From assembly GCF_902652985.1 (NCBI RefSeq), contig NC_047022.1, positions 17,298,001 to 17,362,000 on the forward strand: a DNA stretch of 64,000 nucleotides. Reading direction: 5' to 3'. Below are positions 1 to 12,310 of this stretch, piece after piece (the first letter of the stretch is position 1; every line of letters starts with the position of its first letter). The stretch comes from Pecten maximus. Taxonomy: Eukaryota. A program made the translations under genes and the position numbers. A model generated the notes under the pieces. It searched no databases and had not been told where the DNA came from. It saw only the letters and a list, made by a program, of their open reading frames with translations.

Positions 1-228
1 GTACAAGAAGCGAATTTTGTCGTATTTGGGGTATATGAAGTAGATTACGGTAATGGCGAGTTGTACACTCACAGATATTTACATTTTGGTATCTAATTTG
101 ATAAGTCAGTTGTGTGCCCATTCATATACTACCTCTGTGGGTTTTTTTTAGAATTCGACAAGTTCGGATATCGGCTTGATCGTACAGAGTTCAAAGTCAG
201 TTACAAATGCCAATGTCACTAATCTACC

Positions 229-328
229 CAATCGCAACATCTCGGGGAAATTTCCGGCAACACTCGGAAATCTAAATCTAGTTAGATTTCCGAGTGTTGC
301 CGGAAATTTCCCCGAGATGTTGCGATTG
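229..328. mobile_element. 100-bp foldback MITE with 9-bp TSD (Mutator/MULE-like)
   Basis: Perfect 47-bp inverted arms 229-275 and 282-328 (CAATCGCAACATCTCGGGG...CCCCGAGATGTTGCGATTG) around a 6-bp spacer. Flanked by the direct repeat TAATCTACC at 220-228 and 329-337. Superfamily inferred from TSD length only. Confidence 0.85.
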
Positions 329-382
329 TAATCTACCGATTGTATTTACCGGACAAATCCTGATGAAACACGGACCGCGAGT

Positions 383-618
383 TACCCGTATAGGTTAGTG
401 TTTCTCGGGAAGTTGAGAACCCAGCCAGTCTGTGCTGCCGTGCTTGTGTGCTTGGGCAAGACACTTTACCCCCAATTGCTCTGGATGGCATGCGTCGTGC
501 CTCATGCATGTTGTTCAGTGAGGTAGTCACCAACTACTACAAGGAGTACAGACTACAGAGTGACCCTGGCTGTTTAATGGTCGATAAACCCAGCAAGCAA
601 AAAACAAACAAACAAACT
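383..618 (+). mobile_element. 5'-truncated CORE-type SINE
   Basis: CORE-like block GTGTGCTTGGGCAAGACACTTTACCCCCAATTGCT, 3' tail GTGACCCTGGCTGTTTAATGG followed by (CAAA)n. Homologous to the copy at about 54170-54330. Confidence 0.6.
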
Positions 619-2932
619 GATGAAGCCTCGCTGGTAGCATTGGATATCAGCCTTATTGGTCCCAGGTCAATATTACTAAAAAACAGAATTTACACTAAAA
701 CTTCAGAGATTTGTTTGAAATATCTCATAAAACACTTCAATGCCATATGATACAAATAACAATCTGAAGAGGGAAAAAACCCCAAAAAAAACAAAAATAA
801 TAGTATACAGCTTCTCCCTTTTCTCATTCAACATGTCTCCTACAAGTAGCATTGCTGAAATAACCTTATCGTGTAGTGTGAGCCAGGTCCTTTCTCCGGT
901 ATATTCCAGAAAAGTCGATATATGAATTGTCCCCACAAATTCAATTTCCTTCCAATTAAAGTCGCGACGGATTAGTACGTAGGAGATTTTTCATGTTACA
1001 TAGTACATGAGGCTGAATATAGATTCTGTATGTTTATTTGTTGTCATTTTCTGTTTACACAAGAAGGATCACAGGGATTTGACACGAATTGCCAAGTTAT
1101 ACGGGTCACAGGGTCTTGACACGAGAGTTTGGAATTCGTGCCCGGTCAAAGACAGATTGCAAGTTTCAAAGATACTTAAGCATTCCAATATACTTATATA
1201 TTTAATCAATTAAACGAAGACAATAGCTTGTATAATTTAGCACGTCTGTGAATTCTCTAGTGTTTGTGTAAATAGTGTGCGCCGGTCATTTGAATATCTG
1301 AAAATGAAATACAGCTCTGAACCGAGACCGGAAATTGATTTAACAGATGAAGCACGATACATATTAGTATCGGTATGCCGTCTTTTGTCATACTCTGGCT
1401 CGGGTACTCCAATAACCATTTCCTTTATTCTACCGGCCGACAAATACATTAATTTATTGATGAGTAGTATAAAGTACTGAACAGTAGCTCAGCTATGTAC
1501 AATGTAAATATAATATTCTGAGTAATCGATATCAAATGAATTACTGTACCAGTAGTATGTAGTCGGTAGTGTATCCTACCTTTGCTCACATTTAAAGGAA
1601 AGAAAATAATGTCTCAATACTTTGAAATGAAGAAATTTTGTTAAATCAGAAAGATACATTCGAAAGAGGCAGAGATTTGGGAAAAAGATAAGTATATATT
1701 TTAGAAATAATCTCATTGAGTGCCCAAGCGGCTTCATCACAATGATAACGGACCGTGATCTCTCGGACAAGTTCGAGTTTCAGGGGTTTGGTGACAAGGT
1801 CAAGGTCACTGTTACTGTTTTTAGCGGTTACTGGTTTATTTAAACAATGCTTTTTTGTTCACATCTGTTTTCTGAAAACTATGTTTTAGACAAAGACTTC
1901 GGAATGAAAATAATCCATCTGTCATTTTAGTTGCTGAATATTTAAATATCAGTCACTGATCAAACTTGCATTGTATGTGTCACCGCTATAGAACAATATA
2001 TTAACGATTTGCACAAGCTGATTAAAAAAAATATATACATACCCGTCATAGCCGATGTACGTCTTTTCCATTGTTGTCTTAATCCGGATGACGAACATAA
2101 TTAAGAAAATTAACACTGCGACGAACATTAAATATTTCAATCGAATCGTTTGAAGACTAAGAATTCTCATGATTGTTCTTCTAACAAAAAAGGCCGTTTC
2201 AGGCATCTGAGTGTCGACTGTACGTGAACGACACGTCGAGGCGATATGGAGTCAATAACAGCTAAGCCGCAGAATACCAGTTGTGAAATCAAGCATATCT
2301 GCCTGTGCTTATGCTCACCAATGTATTATTTATCTGTTTCCAATAACAGCATGATTGCAGATGTTAATTTGAAACCTCCGTAGACAATGGGCAAAAACAG
2401 ATGATACGGTCGTTAAAAGCCTTGTCACTTTATCGAAAAATAAAAAATAAAATAAAAAAATAAAAAACGTCCAAAACAATAAAATCCAAATAATTTAACA
2501 CATACACACCCTCCCCACCCCACACGTTTAAGTGATTAAGTAATTAACTTGTTTTAATGCTCTTAATAAGGACAATTGTTGTTGATAGGATAATTTTAGT
2601 CTAGCAAGATTTTTTTTTTTTTTTTTTTTTTGTATAATTCAAGCGGAATCGAAAATATATATACGCTGTAGACAGTTATCTGCTACTTAGCCAATGTCTG
2701 GTATTGTCAGTTAAATAAAAACAAAAACTCTTAAAACAAAAACAACAACAAAACGAAAACAATTTTAGTACATATTCTGGTATTTGGTATGACATTTGTC
2801 TGTAATTCCTAGATACCATGAAGTTCAATCATTACTATTCAAATGAAGGCTAAACGAAACAATTCTATCTAAAAAAAATTGTTAGTATTATATTTACAAC
2901 AGCACATTTAAGTTTCTGTGCTCGGGTGGACG

Positions 2933-3029
2933 CATCATCAGATACCCCCGGTTGAATTACACTACGCAACATTTATCATTGGTGATGTAGCGCAGTATAG
3001 TGCAATCAACCGTGGGTATCCGACGATTG
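2933..3029. mobile_element. Degenerate foldback MITE
   Basis: Imperfect arms CATCATCAGATACCCCCGGTTGAATTACACTA / TAGTGCAATCAACCGTGGGTATCCGACGATTG. Flanks (G)GGTGGACG / (G)GGTGGGCG look like an 8-9 bp TSD with one mismatch. Ends in CGATTG like the 229-328 element. Confidence 0.6.
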
Positions 3030-4039
3030 GGTGGGCGGTAGTAAGTCCATTTCAGTCGATGAAGCCGAAGACGCTTACCCTCTCATAACACCTGGTCTTA
3101 TTCTCCTTGTACTTATCCATGGGTCTCAACTTAAATCTTCATTTGTTGTTCAAACTTTGCCGTCGCGTTATTGATTTTGACTGTAAGAATTACACTTTCT
3201 GTATTATGTCAGTGTTCTCTGTTTTTGTATATACCTATAAGCCTAATTTTTTTTTATCTTTGTTAGAGAAGTCATTTGTGTGTTGTTTATATATCAATTT
3301 ATTTCAATTGGTCGTTTGTATATGATTTATGACAAAGCATGTGTTAAAATGCACCGATCTTGTCAGCTGACCAAAAGAATCAGGGAAGCTTGTTCAAAAG
3401 CGAATCAATATTGTTTTCTGATTATTTTGCGTTTGAGCCATTTCATGTGACGTTTCATTGACATTATTTGGTCAACAGGCAAATCGAAGGGAGATAACCC
3501 GTAGAGATACAGCTAAAGTTTTCTTCGGCACTTTAACAAAACAATGTAATTTACTTTAACATGGATTTTTGCCGCAGATCTCTTTCCAAAAGCTGTGATG
3601 TGTTGCATGGATTTTGCTCCATGCTTTCCTATCAATTTTAGTTTTGATTTTCTTCTTCTTCAATTTGCTTTTGTAACCCATCCATCTTGAATATTGTCGA
3701 GATGCCTACACCAATTGTTAACGTCTTATACCATGCAAGGCTCTTCTACAGTCTAACGTGATTATCTTGGAGACTTGTGTGGGTTGTTTGATTTGGTTGT
3801 CCCTAGATTTATCTTGGAGACTAGTATTAGTTCTTTGATGCGGTTGTGCCTAGATTTTTGGAGTTCTCGAAATCCGCCCCAGTATGTGGTAAAGGTCGAG
3901 TTCTTCCATCATGTTTCCAAATAAGTCACCGTTATTTTTTCTGACGACAATGGCATTGTTCAGCAAATGCATATGTTACTATCCGTTCTCAGGCTCCCGT
4001 CTTTTCAAGATATCTACACAGTTTTCATATATATGCATT

Positions 4040-4224
4040 TGTCTTTAACCACAGCTAGGCGCCAGCATCTGGCTGGTAGTTATAGGGAAAATACTGTCTT
4101 TAACCACAACTAGGCGCCTGCATCTGGCTAGTAGTTATAGGGGAAATACTGTATGTAGTAGGAGTAGGGGCTAATATCTTTACTATAGATACTAGCCAGA
4201 TACAGATACGGACGCCTGTGCTTA
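4040..4224. mobile_element. Small TIR element with duplicated left end and TTAA at both ends
   Basis: TTAACCACARCTAGGCGCCWGCATCTGGCTRGTAGTTATAGGG occurs twice in tandem (about 4045 and 4100). An imperfect inverted counterpart CTATAGATACTAGCCAGATAC...GACGCCTGTGCTTAA lies at about 4183-4224. Confidence 0.45.
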
Positions 4225-4852
4225 ACAAAGAAGGATATTGCGTTTTTGTAAACGTCATTAAGACATTTGTCATGGCACGTCCATCGTCAGCTCTTCCGTC
4301 AATTTAATTGGTCTAAAGTCGACCCTTGTCCCAGTATACAATACTTTCGATTTAATTCCTATCTTATAAGGAGCAAAGACAATCAAAATATGATGGTGTG
4401 TGACAATCAATATCCTGGATTTTCATTCTCGAAAATTGTATTTACTTTAAAAAGGCTATAGTTGCGTTAAATTTGTGGTGAATGATGAAGAATTCCATTT
4501 TTAAACCTCACTTGAATTGGCATACTATATATACACTGTAGCTTTGATTCAGCTTAATTCTTAGATAGATTAAGGATTAATCCGTGATGTCTGTCGTGTT
4601 TCTTGATAAACCACATCGCTTTGTATATGATTCCTGTGAATTACTTTCCCAGTACACTTTGGTTCAGAAAAAGTGCAGAAAATTGAGTGGAGGGGCTGAC
4701 AGCTGGACAGACAGGCGGACGAGGAGGAAACCTATATTTCCCCTGGTTTTACTTAAAATGTTAATATTGTAGTTATTACATGTACATGAAAGCAGGAACC
4801 TGGATGCACTAACCCATTTTTCAAGCAAGAAGATGGAAGAAACGGGTGTACA

Positions 4853-5983
4853 TTTTGATGATGGTGGGCTATTCAAATCGCCCTGCGTCCGTGGTCCGTC
4901 CGTCCGTAAACAATTCTTGTCATCGCTATTTCTGAGAAAGAACTGAATGGATCTTTCTCATATTTCATATTTAGGTTGCCCTTGGTCCTTAGTTATGCAT
5001 ATTGCATTTTGGGACCAATCGGAAAACAACATGGCCGACAGGCAGCCATCTTGGATTTTGACATTTGAAGTTTGTTATCGCTATTTCTCAGAAAGTACTG
5101 AAGCGATCTTTCTCAAATTTCATATGTAGGTTCCCTTTGGTCTGTAGTTATGCATATTGCATTTTGGGGCCGATCGGGAAACAACATGGCCGACAGACAG
5201 CCATCTTTGGTTTTGACAATTGAAGTTTGTTATCGCAATTTCTCAGAAAGTACTGAAGGGATCTTTCTCAAATTTCATATGTAGGTTGCCCTTGGTCCCT
5301 TGTTATGCATATTGTATTTTGAGACCGATCGGAAAACAACATGGCCGACAGGCAGCCATCTTGGATTTTGACAATGGAAGTTTGTTATTGCTATTTCTCA
5401 GAAAGTACTGAAGGGATTTTTTTTTTCAAATTTCATATGTAGGTTCCCCTTGGTCCCTTGTTATGTATAGTGCATTTTGGGACCAATCGAATAATAACAT
5501 GGCCGACAGGCAGCCATCTTGGATTTTGACAATTGAAGATTGTTATCGCTATTTCTCAGAAAGAACAGAAGGGATCTTTCTGAAATTTGATATATAGATT
5601 GCCCTTGGTTCCTAGTTATACATATTTCATTTTGGGACCAGTCAGATAACAACATGGCCAACAGACAGCCATCTTGGATTTTGACAACTGAAGTTATCAC
5701 TATTTTACAGAAGGTACTGAAGGGATCTTTCTCAAATTTCATATGTAGGTTCCCTTGGTCTGTTGTATTGCATTTTTGGACCAATCTGAAAACATTGTCG
5801 ACAGACCGCCATTAGTGCTAAATCTCAAATTTCATATACAAGTTCCGCTTGTTTGAACAGTACTGGAGGGATGTTTCTTAATTTACACAGATTAGTAAGA
5901 AAAATAGAGAAAAGATCAATCTGACATGGAACCTATAAAGATCATTCAATGGTGGGCGCCAAGATCCCTCTGGGATCTCTTGT
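4853..5983 (+). mobile_element. Helentron-associated non-autonomous element (HINE/DINE-like) with about 5.5 internal 155-bp tandem repeats
   Basis: Subterminal motif ATGGTGGGC at both ends (4861, 5949), (GTCC)n microsatellite at about 4886-4906, 155-bp units starting GATCTTTCTC at about 4950, 5105, 5260, 5415, 5573 and 5723, and a 3' hairpin AGATCCC-TCT-GGGATCT followed by CTTGT. This architecture matches known bivalve HINEs. Confidence 0.8.
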
Positions 5984-8900
5984 TGTATATACTAATGGAC
6001 CATGGATGATACCAGGGTGTCAAGTTTGATAAATCAAGTTATTTAGACATACTTGGGTATATGTAAAAAAAATCGTTTTTGTGAAATAGTTATTTTTAGT
6101 TTCATATTTACCGTGCTAATTACCTTTATATATTTGATATAAAATATGATCAATTTGGTCACTGGAGTACTGGGTGTAGATTTATAATTATAATACATTT
6201 CATGTCGTGTACTGCAGACTTGTTCAGGTTTCATTTTGATCTACTTGCATTCCTCAAAATTTTTGATTATTGATAATTAATTATTGATTAGTTTTGGCTA
6301 AACAAAAGATACATGTATATTTTTAGGTGTGAAAAGGTCTGGATATGAAATGTTCAAATATATAAAAGGAAAAATGAAGGGACAAAAAAATATCATTTTA
6401 TTTCATTTATTTTCATATTCATCATCTCATATTGAAATATTGTAAAGTTGGAAAGAAATTTTAGAAATTTAAAACTTAACACTTTTTCTGTCTGTATAAA
6501 TAAACAACTTTCCTGAGCACAAACTAAAAGTGTAAGAAATTGCAACCATTTAAAGTTGTCTTACATTGTAAGTACATGTACAAACTAGTATATGCTCACA
6601 GGAATCTGTCACTAATCCCCAACCCTACAATCTGTAGGTGTATTCAAGTCTATCATGTAAAAGTTATGTTCAATCATATTGTGTGGCCATGTCATGAAAA
6701 ACCATAAGACACACCTTCAAAAACATTATTATGTTATCACAATTCAATGACAAAAATTTTTTTATTTAGTTGTAATAAGCTTTTGATATAGGAATATAAT
6801 CCGAGATTTTTTGTTTATTTTCTCATAAATATTAACTCTCCATTAATATAATCTTAAACATTACTTGTTTTTTTTTAACAGGTCTCTATAACCTAAAGTC
6901 ACAAACCCTCACATTATATTGAAATAATTTGATAAAAACCTGAACATATTGACCATGGGGTAGAGAGCTTATGACAAATTCCTTTGTATATATGCTAATT
7001 CATGTATTGAATATAATCATCACATACCATGCCACATTTTGACTTCAAAATAAGAAAGACATTTTGGCACATGTACACATACCACATTATTCAGCAGTTA
7101 TAAACTGCAAAAATTAAACCTCAAACAAAGTTACAATATCTCGGGGCAATTGAGTTTTATGAAATGGGGATCAATGATGTCAGAGCTTCTGAAGTCCGAA
7201 TTAAGATTGATCATAACTTATAACCATCCACATATACCAGAATACTTATCTCTGATATAATTTGTTATCGTAGAATCAGCATTTATCCAGTCAATTTACT
7301 CCTGTAATATTCTCAGGAGCGTTTTTCAATGGCTGAGCCTCGAGTCAGAAATTGATTGTAATGTCATTATATGGACAATAACAATACTTCATGATTTGAA
7401 AATGGTGCAGCAAAATGGCCACCTTCATGTCATTTTGACATACACCTCTTGAATTCAAAACCTATCAAAATAAAATTTTCTGGCAGATGTGATAAAAATT
7501 ACCATATCTTGAAATTTGTTTTCATTTCATTTGAGATTTTATGAGACTTGTCTCAAAATTTTAATATTTTTCTCACTAAAACTCACAAAAATAGATATCT
7601 TAATACCTGTTTTATAAAATCTCATATGAAATAAAATCTTGTTACAGATATCATATCACAGATTACTTAAGAGGATGTATTAAGATGTACAATAAATCTC
7701 AGAAATCCAGAATCAAAAATCAATTTGTATTTTGAGTAGAATTGCATTCTTGCAGAATTTGTACATTAAATTCTGAGAATTTGTATTGGAGCTGTCCCTT
7801 TAACCTTCTAAAAATAGAAATAAAAAAGGACCCTCTTATTTTCATGACGTCCATTCGAGCTATACACAGAGTTCCATTAACTGAAAAGACCACTATATAT
7901 GTATTGATATTGAACATAAATTCTGTGTACAGAACACACTTTCTAATGATTTAACTAGAAATGTCTGAGCAAAATGAAAGGTCAAGTTCCTTAAATCGCA
8001 CCCAATATTTTGTCATTTAGAGTGTTCGCTCTATCAAGAGATCTACATTTTTCTCTTCTTTTTCTTCTCTGATATCCTATCTCTATCTCTCTTTCTCTCT
8101 CTCTCTTTTTGAAATTCCCACTGGAGTCAGACAAGGCTTCCCAAATTTTGTCCTACCGTTTTTGTAAAATTTTAATTACGGGAGATTATCAATTTCACTT
8201 AACCAAATCAAAACTTAACCTGCATATTGTCATTACACAACTTCTTACAAATACAGTTCTATATCTGTATCCCAAAGCGTCAATGAGTGGAAACAAAACT
8301 ATGACAAACAACAGTCAAGGCTAACACTACATGCCCTCGGCTGTAAAACGGGGAAGGCATTAAAAGTAATTAATGTTTCTAATTATAAACAAAGAGAAAT
8401 CAAGAGTCATGGTAATATCCAAAGATGGCATTAATATCAATCTACAGATTGTATAAAAGGAGGCCTCAAAAGGGTCAAGATACAAAAAAATAAAGGCCAC
8501 ATTAAAATTCAATAATCAATTCATGTATGTATTCGAATTCCTTAAGTTGTTGGGATATAGGTACCATTGTATTGTAAGTCTGTACGTTTGTTTTTAGTTG
8601 TATCACAGCATACTCACAAGGTAAACAAATTATATTAAAATACATTATCATCTAATCATCACATTATTCACCAATTACACCCATGCTATATTTTTGTTAA
8701 TTAATTTTAATGTATTATAGCCCATTGTGACATTCAAAGTGGCTATGAAATGTCAGTCTGTTCAGACTACATCACATATAGAGACCTATCACTATCAGAT
8801 AGAGCCTGCAGTGTCACTTCAAAAATTGACACAGAAAAGCTGGTTTTGTGCAATATATATGTTTTTGCAAAGTCATTTTGATTATTTAATTAAGATTATC

Positions 8901-9101
8901 TTAAAAGTAAAAAAATTGAAACTTTTGATTAATCACTTGTTTCATTATTCTCATGAAATGGAAGTTCTTAACCCATATCAAATAATTAAAAAAAAAAATT
9001 GGTGTTTCTATATCAATAACATACGGTAGTTACATGTATTTGATGATTAAAATATAATCCATGTACCCCGGTAAGCTTGTGTTCAGTGTTCTTTTGTAGA
9101 A

Positions 9102-10966
9102 TCAATCTGTAGCTAAATTAGTTTCCAGATCCTGGCTGGTAGATAATCGAGCCTGTTCCATTTCTCTTTTCTTAGCAAGTTCTCGTGTTTGATACGTCTC
9201 TGTGTCGCCTAGCGTCTCAAACTTATCAAACTTTACGTCTGACCTTAATAGAAAGTACATCACAGGAAAAACCACTAAAAACACTATTACAAGTTCTGTC
9301 CCAGTTTCCCCCGTGTCTCTCTTCTGTTTCACTTCCTGTCTTCCTACGTTAGCGTGGAATTCATCGAACTTTTTCCTTTCAGCATTCTTTTTCGCAAACA
9401 CTTCTGAATAGTGAGTACTGAAAAAAAAATTCCAATTTATACATATAGTTCTTGTGACCTGACATGGAAATTATAAGGTAAATATAGTATGATCCTATGT
9501 AATAGGAGATGAAAAATACAACGACCTGACCGGGACTTGAACCTGGGACCTCCAACTCTAGACAGGTTTCTATCAAAACAATACATTTATTTAAATTTGG
9601 TTTATTTTGTTTAACATCCTATTAACAGCTATGTGCCAGGTTTTGGAGGTGGAGGGAAGCCGGAGTACCTGGAGAAAAACCCCTGGCCTACAGTCAGTGT
9701 ACCAGCCAACTGTCCCACGTGGGTTTCAAACTTGTGACCCAGAAGAGGAGGACTAGTGATAAAGGGTCCAGACACCTTTACCACTCGGCCACCGCAGCTT
9801 CACACAGTTTCAATGTGATCTTTGAACATTTCAATCTTTCTGTTATTATTGACATTAGCAGCAATGTTGCTGTTTATCTGGCTTTGTTATAGCAATGTCC
9901 GTTCTATAACCCTTAGCTTGGGGGCATTTACATAATGTTTTATGAGAAAACTTCTAAATTGCAGTGCCAGGGCCAACACTGGGTAAAAACTTGGTTTCAC
10001 CAAAAATGATTTGCATACATGTACAATGTCAGAAAGCTGAGTGCATTGCAAATCTCTTTTTATTTCCATTCTAAAGAATTAGAATTAATGCAAATGTTTT
10101 AATCCAATAAATTCAAAATAACTTTTGAAATACAGTTAAGGTTGTTTTTTTTTCCGAATATTATAAGGGTACATTATTCAAATATTTATGCATTTATTTA
10201 ACAAAAATAAAGAGATACAAAAGTATAACATCTAAACATTTAACCCCAAAAATTATTCATCTAGAAGCAATGCATTTTAGTAGAAAGGGTGATTTTGTCT
10301 TTTATTTAAAATGTTCATTATTGTTATATACTTATTCTGAAATTAGTATATATAAAATAAAAAGTAAAAGGAAATGATACATATATACAGAGACATATAT
10401 ACGTATATATATGTCTCTGATATATAATTATAACAACATAATTAATGGTTGTGATAAAATATAACTGACCTTGTCCACTTATCAAAATCAAAGATTGATG
10501 TTCTACCGCGCATAGGAGGGCCATCATATTTTTTGAAACCCTTTCTGTATGACTTCCATCCATCAGGGTGTCCGGTGTTTCTGAAGTCTTCTTCCACCAA
10601 TCCTTTATCGTAAAGTCTCCGTGATTCTGGTCTTCCCAAAATTTCATATGCTTCCGATACTTCTGCAAATTTTTCAGCAGCATCTTCACTTTTATTGATG
10701 TCAGGATGATATTTTTTCGATAGTCTAAAGTATGCTCCTTTAATTTGAACACCTGTTGCCTTTTGTGACAATTCCAGAACTTCATAAAGATCTTTATCAT
10801 ATTTAGATTTTTTCCTTGGGCCTCGGCGACTGTAACCTCGGTTTATTTTCTGTTGGATAACCATGTTCACTGGAGCGAGAATTAACGGCTGATGCGCTTT
10901 CGATAATGTTTTCTGGGCACACAAACACATCTGTCCTTGTAAATGTCTTGTTAAATATCTATACAT
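9102..10966 (-). CDS. DNAJC30: DnaJ homolog subfamily C member 30-like (mitochondrial J-protein), about 270 aa
   Basis: Coding exons 10966-10470 and 9417-9102, with a phase-2 GT-AG intron that restores the frame (FDFDKWTS/THYSEVF). J-domain YEVLELS..IKGAYFRLSKKYHPD..EAYEILG, basic N-terminal presequence-like region, C-terminal hydrophobic helix LVIVFLVVFPVMYFL. Divergent from BUD23, as human DNAJC30 is. Possible 5'UTR intron about 11021-11290. Confidence 0.85.
9499..9567 (-). mobile_element. 3' fragment of tRNA-containing LTR (family A)
   Basis: Reverse complement reads ..GGAGGTCCCAGGTTCAAGTCCCGGTCAGGTCGTTGTATTTTTCATCTCCTATTACA, matching the B-box and 3' end of 12118-12246. Confidence 0.55.
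9595..9798 (-). mobile_element. tRNA-headed V-domain SINE
   Basis: Reverse-complement homologue of 56385-56603 and 63511-63736, in the DNAJC30 intron. Confidence 0.8.
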
Positions 10967-11734
10967 TTGAGGTCAGAGAAGACTTTTGCACAAACGCGTT
11001 TGTTTAGCAACCTTAGCCTGCTGTAATCCAAACACTAACAGACGTGTACCGTTGCTTCATGTGAATTTTCCAAAAAAAGTACTGTAATTTCTGTCATTGA
11101 CAAACATCTGGCAAGAATGCTTGTTTGTGAAACTTGAGACAGCACAATCTTCGAATAATTCACGGTTAAAAATATAAGACTTCACAACTAAATCTTTTAA
11201 CCGAGTTTCACCTTGTATTCGTCCGTCTGCATACGATCGCTGTCATCCAGACGTTTAGCATACGTAACACTAAATGCAGCCAATACTTACCTAAACAGAA
11301 TTTCCAACAACAAGAAAAAAACGTGTTTATGAACTACCACGTGTTATAGTCTACTGCAGTATATGAAACCGCCATTAACGCGTTTATTAACTAGAATTAA
11401 GTTAGTTTAAACAATATTTATTTGAGAATAAGTAATACAATACAATAAATCAAAAGTATACAAGAGGATTTGGTAACAAGCTTAGAGCTTATGTAAAACC
11501 ATCTCCTTATTAATTATAGACATAGATATAAAGTAGAGTGATCATGGGAATGCTGATGTTAAACAATAATGTTACTGTCCGAGTACTGTTCCTGTTTTCA
11601 TTATTACATATAAAATAATTATACAACAAGTATAAGAGACTAATGTAGTAAAGTTACATTACAGCAGGGACGTATAATAAGATATATGTCCCTGATTATA
11701 GGTACAATGTATTTTACATATGAGAAAACGACTG

Positions 11735-11970
11735 ATCCAAGTAAATACTATGTAATCACTTAAGGACTTTGTAAGCTTTGACTTAGCATAACTATATATA
11801 TTTTTTTTTGTAAGACATAAAAGTACACATGTTCGAGTGATGCGATACATACATACATACATGCATACATACATACATTATGATCCGAGTAGATACTATG
11901 TAATCACGGAAGTACTTTTTAAGATTTGACTTAGCATAACTACAGGCATATATATTGTAAGACATAAGGA
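11735..11970. repeat. Local direct repeat of about 90 bp, split by an (ACAT)n microsatellite
   Basis: GATCCRAGTARATACTATGTAATCAC...TTTGACTTAGCATAACTA...GTAAGACATAA at about 11734 and 11882, with (ACAT)n at about 11846-11878. Confidence 0.7.
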
Positions 11971-12117
11971 TTAGTTATACATCAAAACACCATTAACGTG
12001 TTAATTAACTAAAATTATACATTGTGACAATATTAACGCGTAAATTTTATAATTTATTAAAACGTGCTAAACTTTCTCAAACTTTAAACAACTACAGTAC
12101 ATGGTAAATCATAGTTA

Positions 12118-12310
12118 TGTAGCGGGACTACACTGGGTCGATCATCGGTGACCAGGTAGCTCAATTGGTTGAGCATCCGGCTAGTGTTCGGAGGTCTCGG
12201 GTTCGAACCCCGGTCTGGCCGCTACATTTTCTCCTCTCCTGTTACAAAATTGGCGCCCAACTAAAAAACCCACGGTCGTGGTATAAGGGTCTCGTGTGTC
12301 TTCGAGGGCG
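12118..12310 (+). mobile_element. Miniature LTR element (TRIM) with tRNA-derived LTR, family A: 5' LTR + PBS + truncated internal region
   Basis: TGT...GTTACA 129-bp LTR (12118-12246) containing A box TAGCTCAATTGG (12157) and B box GGTTCGAACC (12200). Followed by TGGCGCCCAAC (12251-12261), the start of the tRNA-Lys1,2 primer-binding site. Confidence 0.7.

Noticed and set aside
364-376. TGAAACACGGACC, resembling a 28S rRNA motif
   Set aside because: Only about 13 nt with no flanking rRNA similarity; a chance match.
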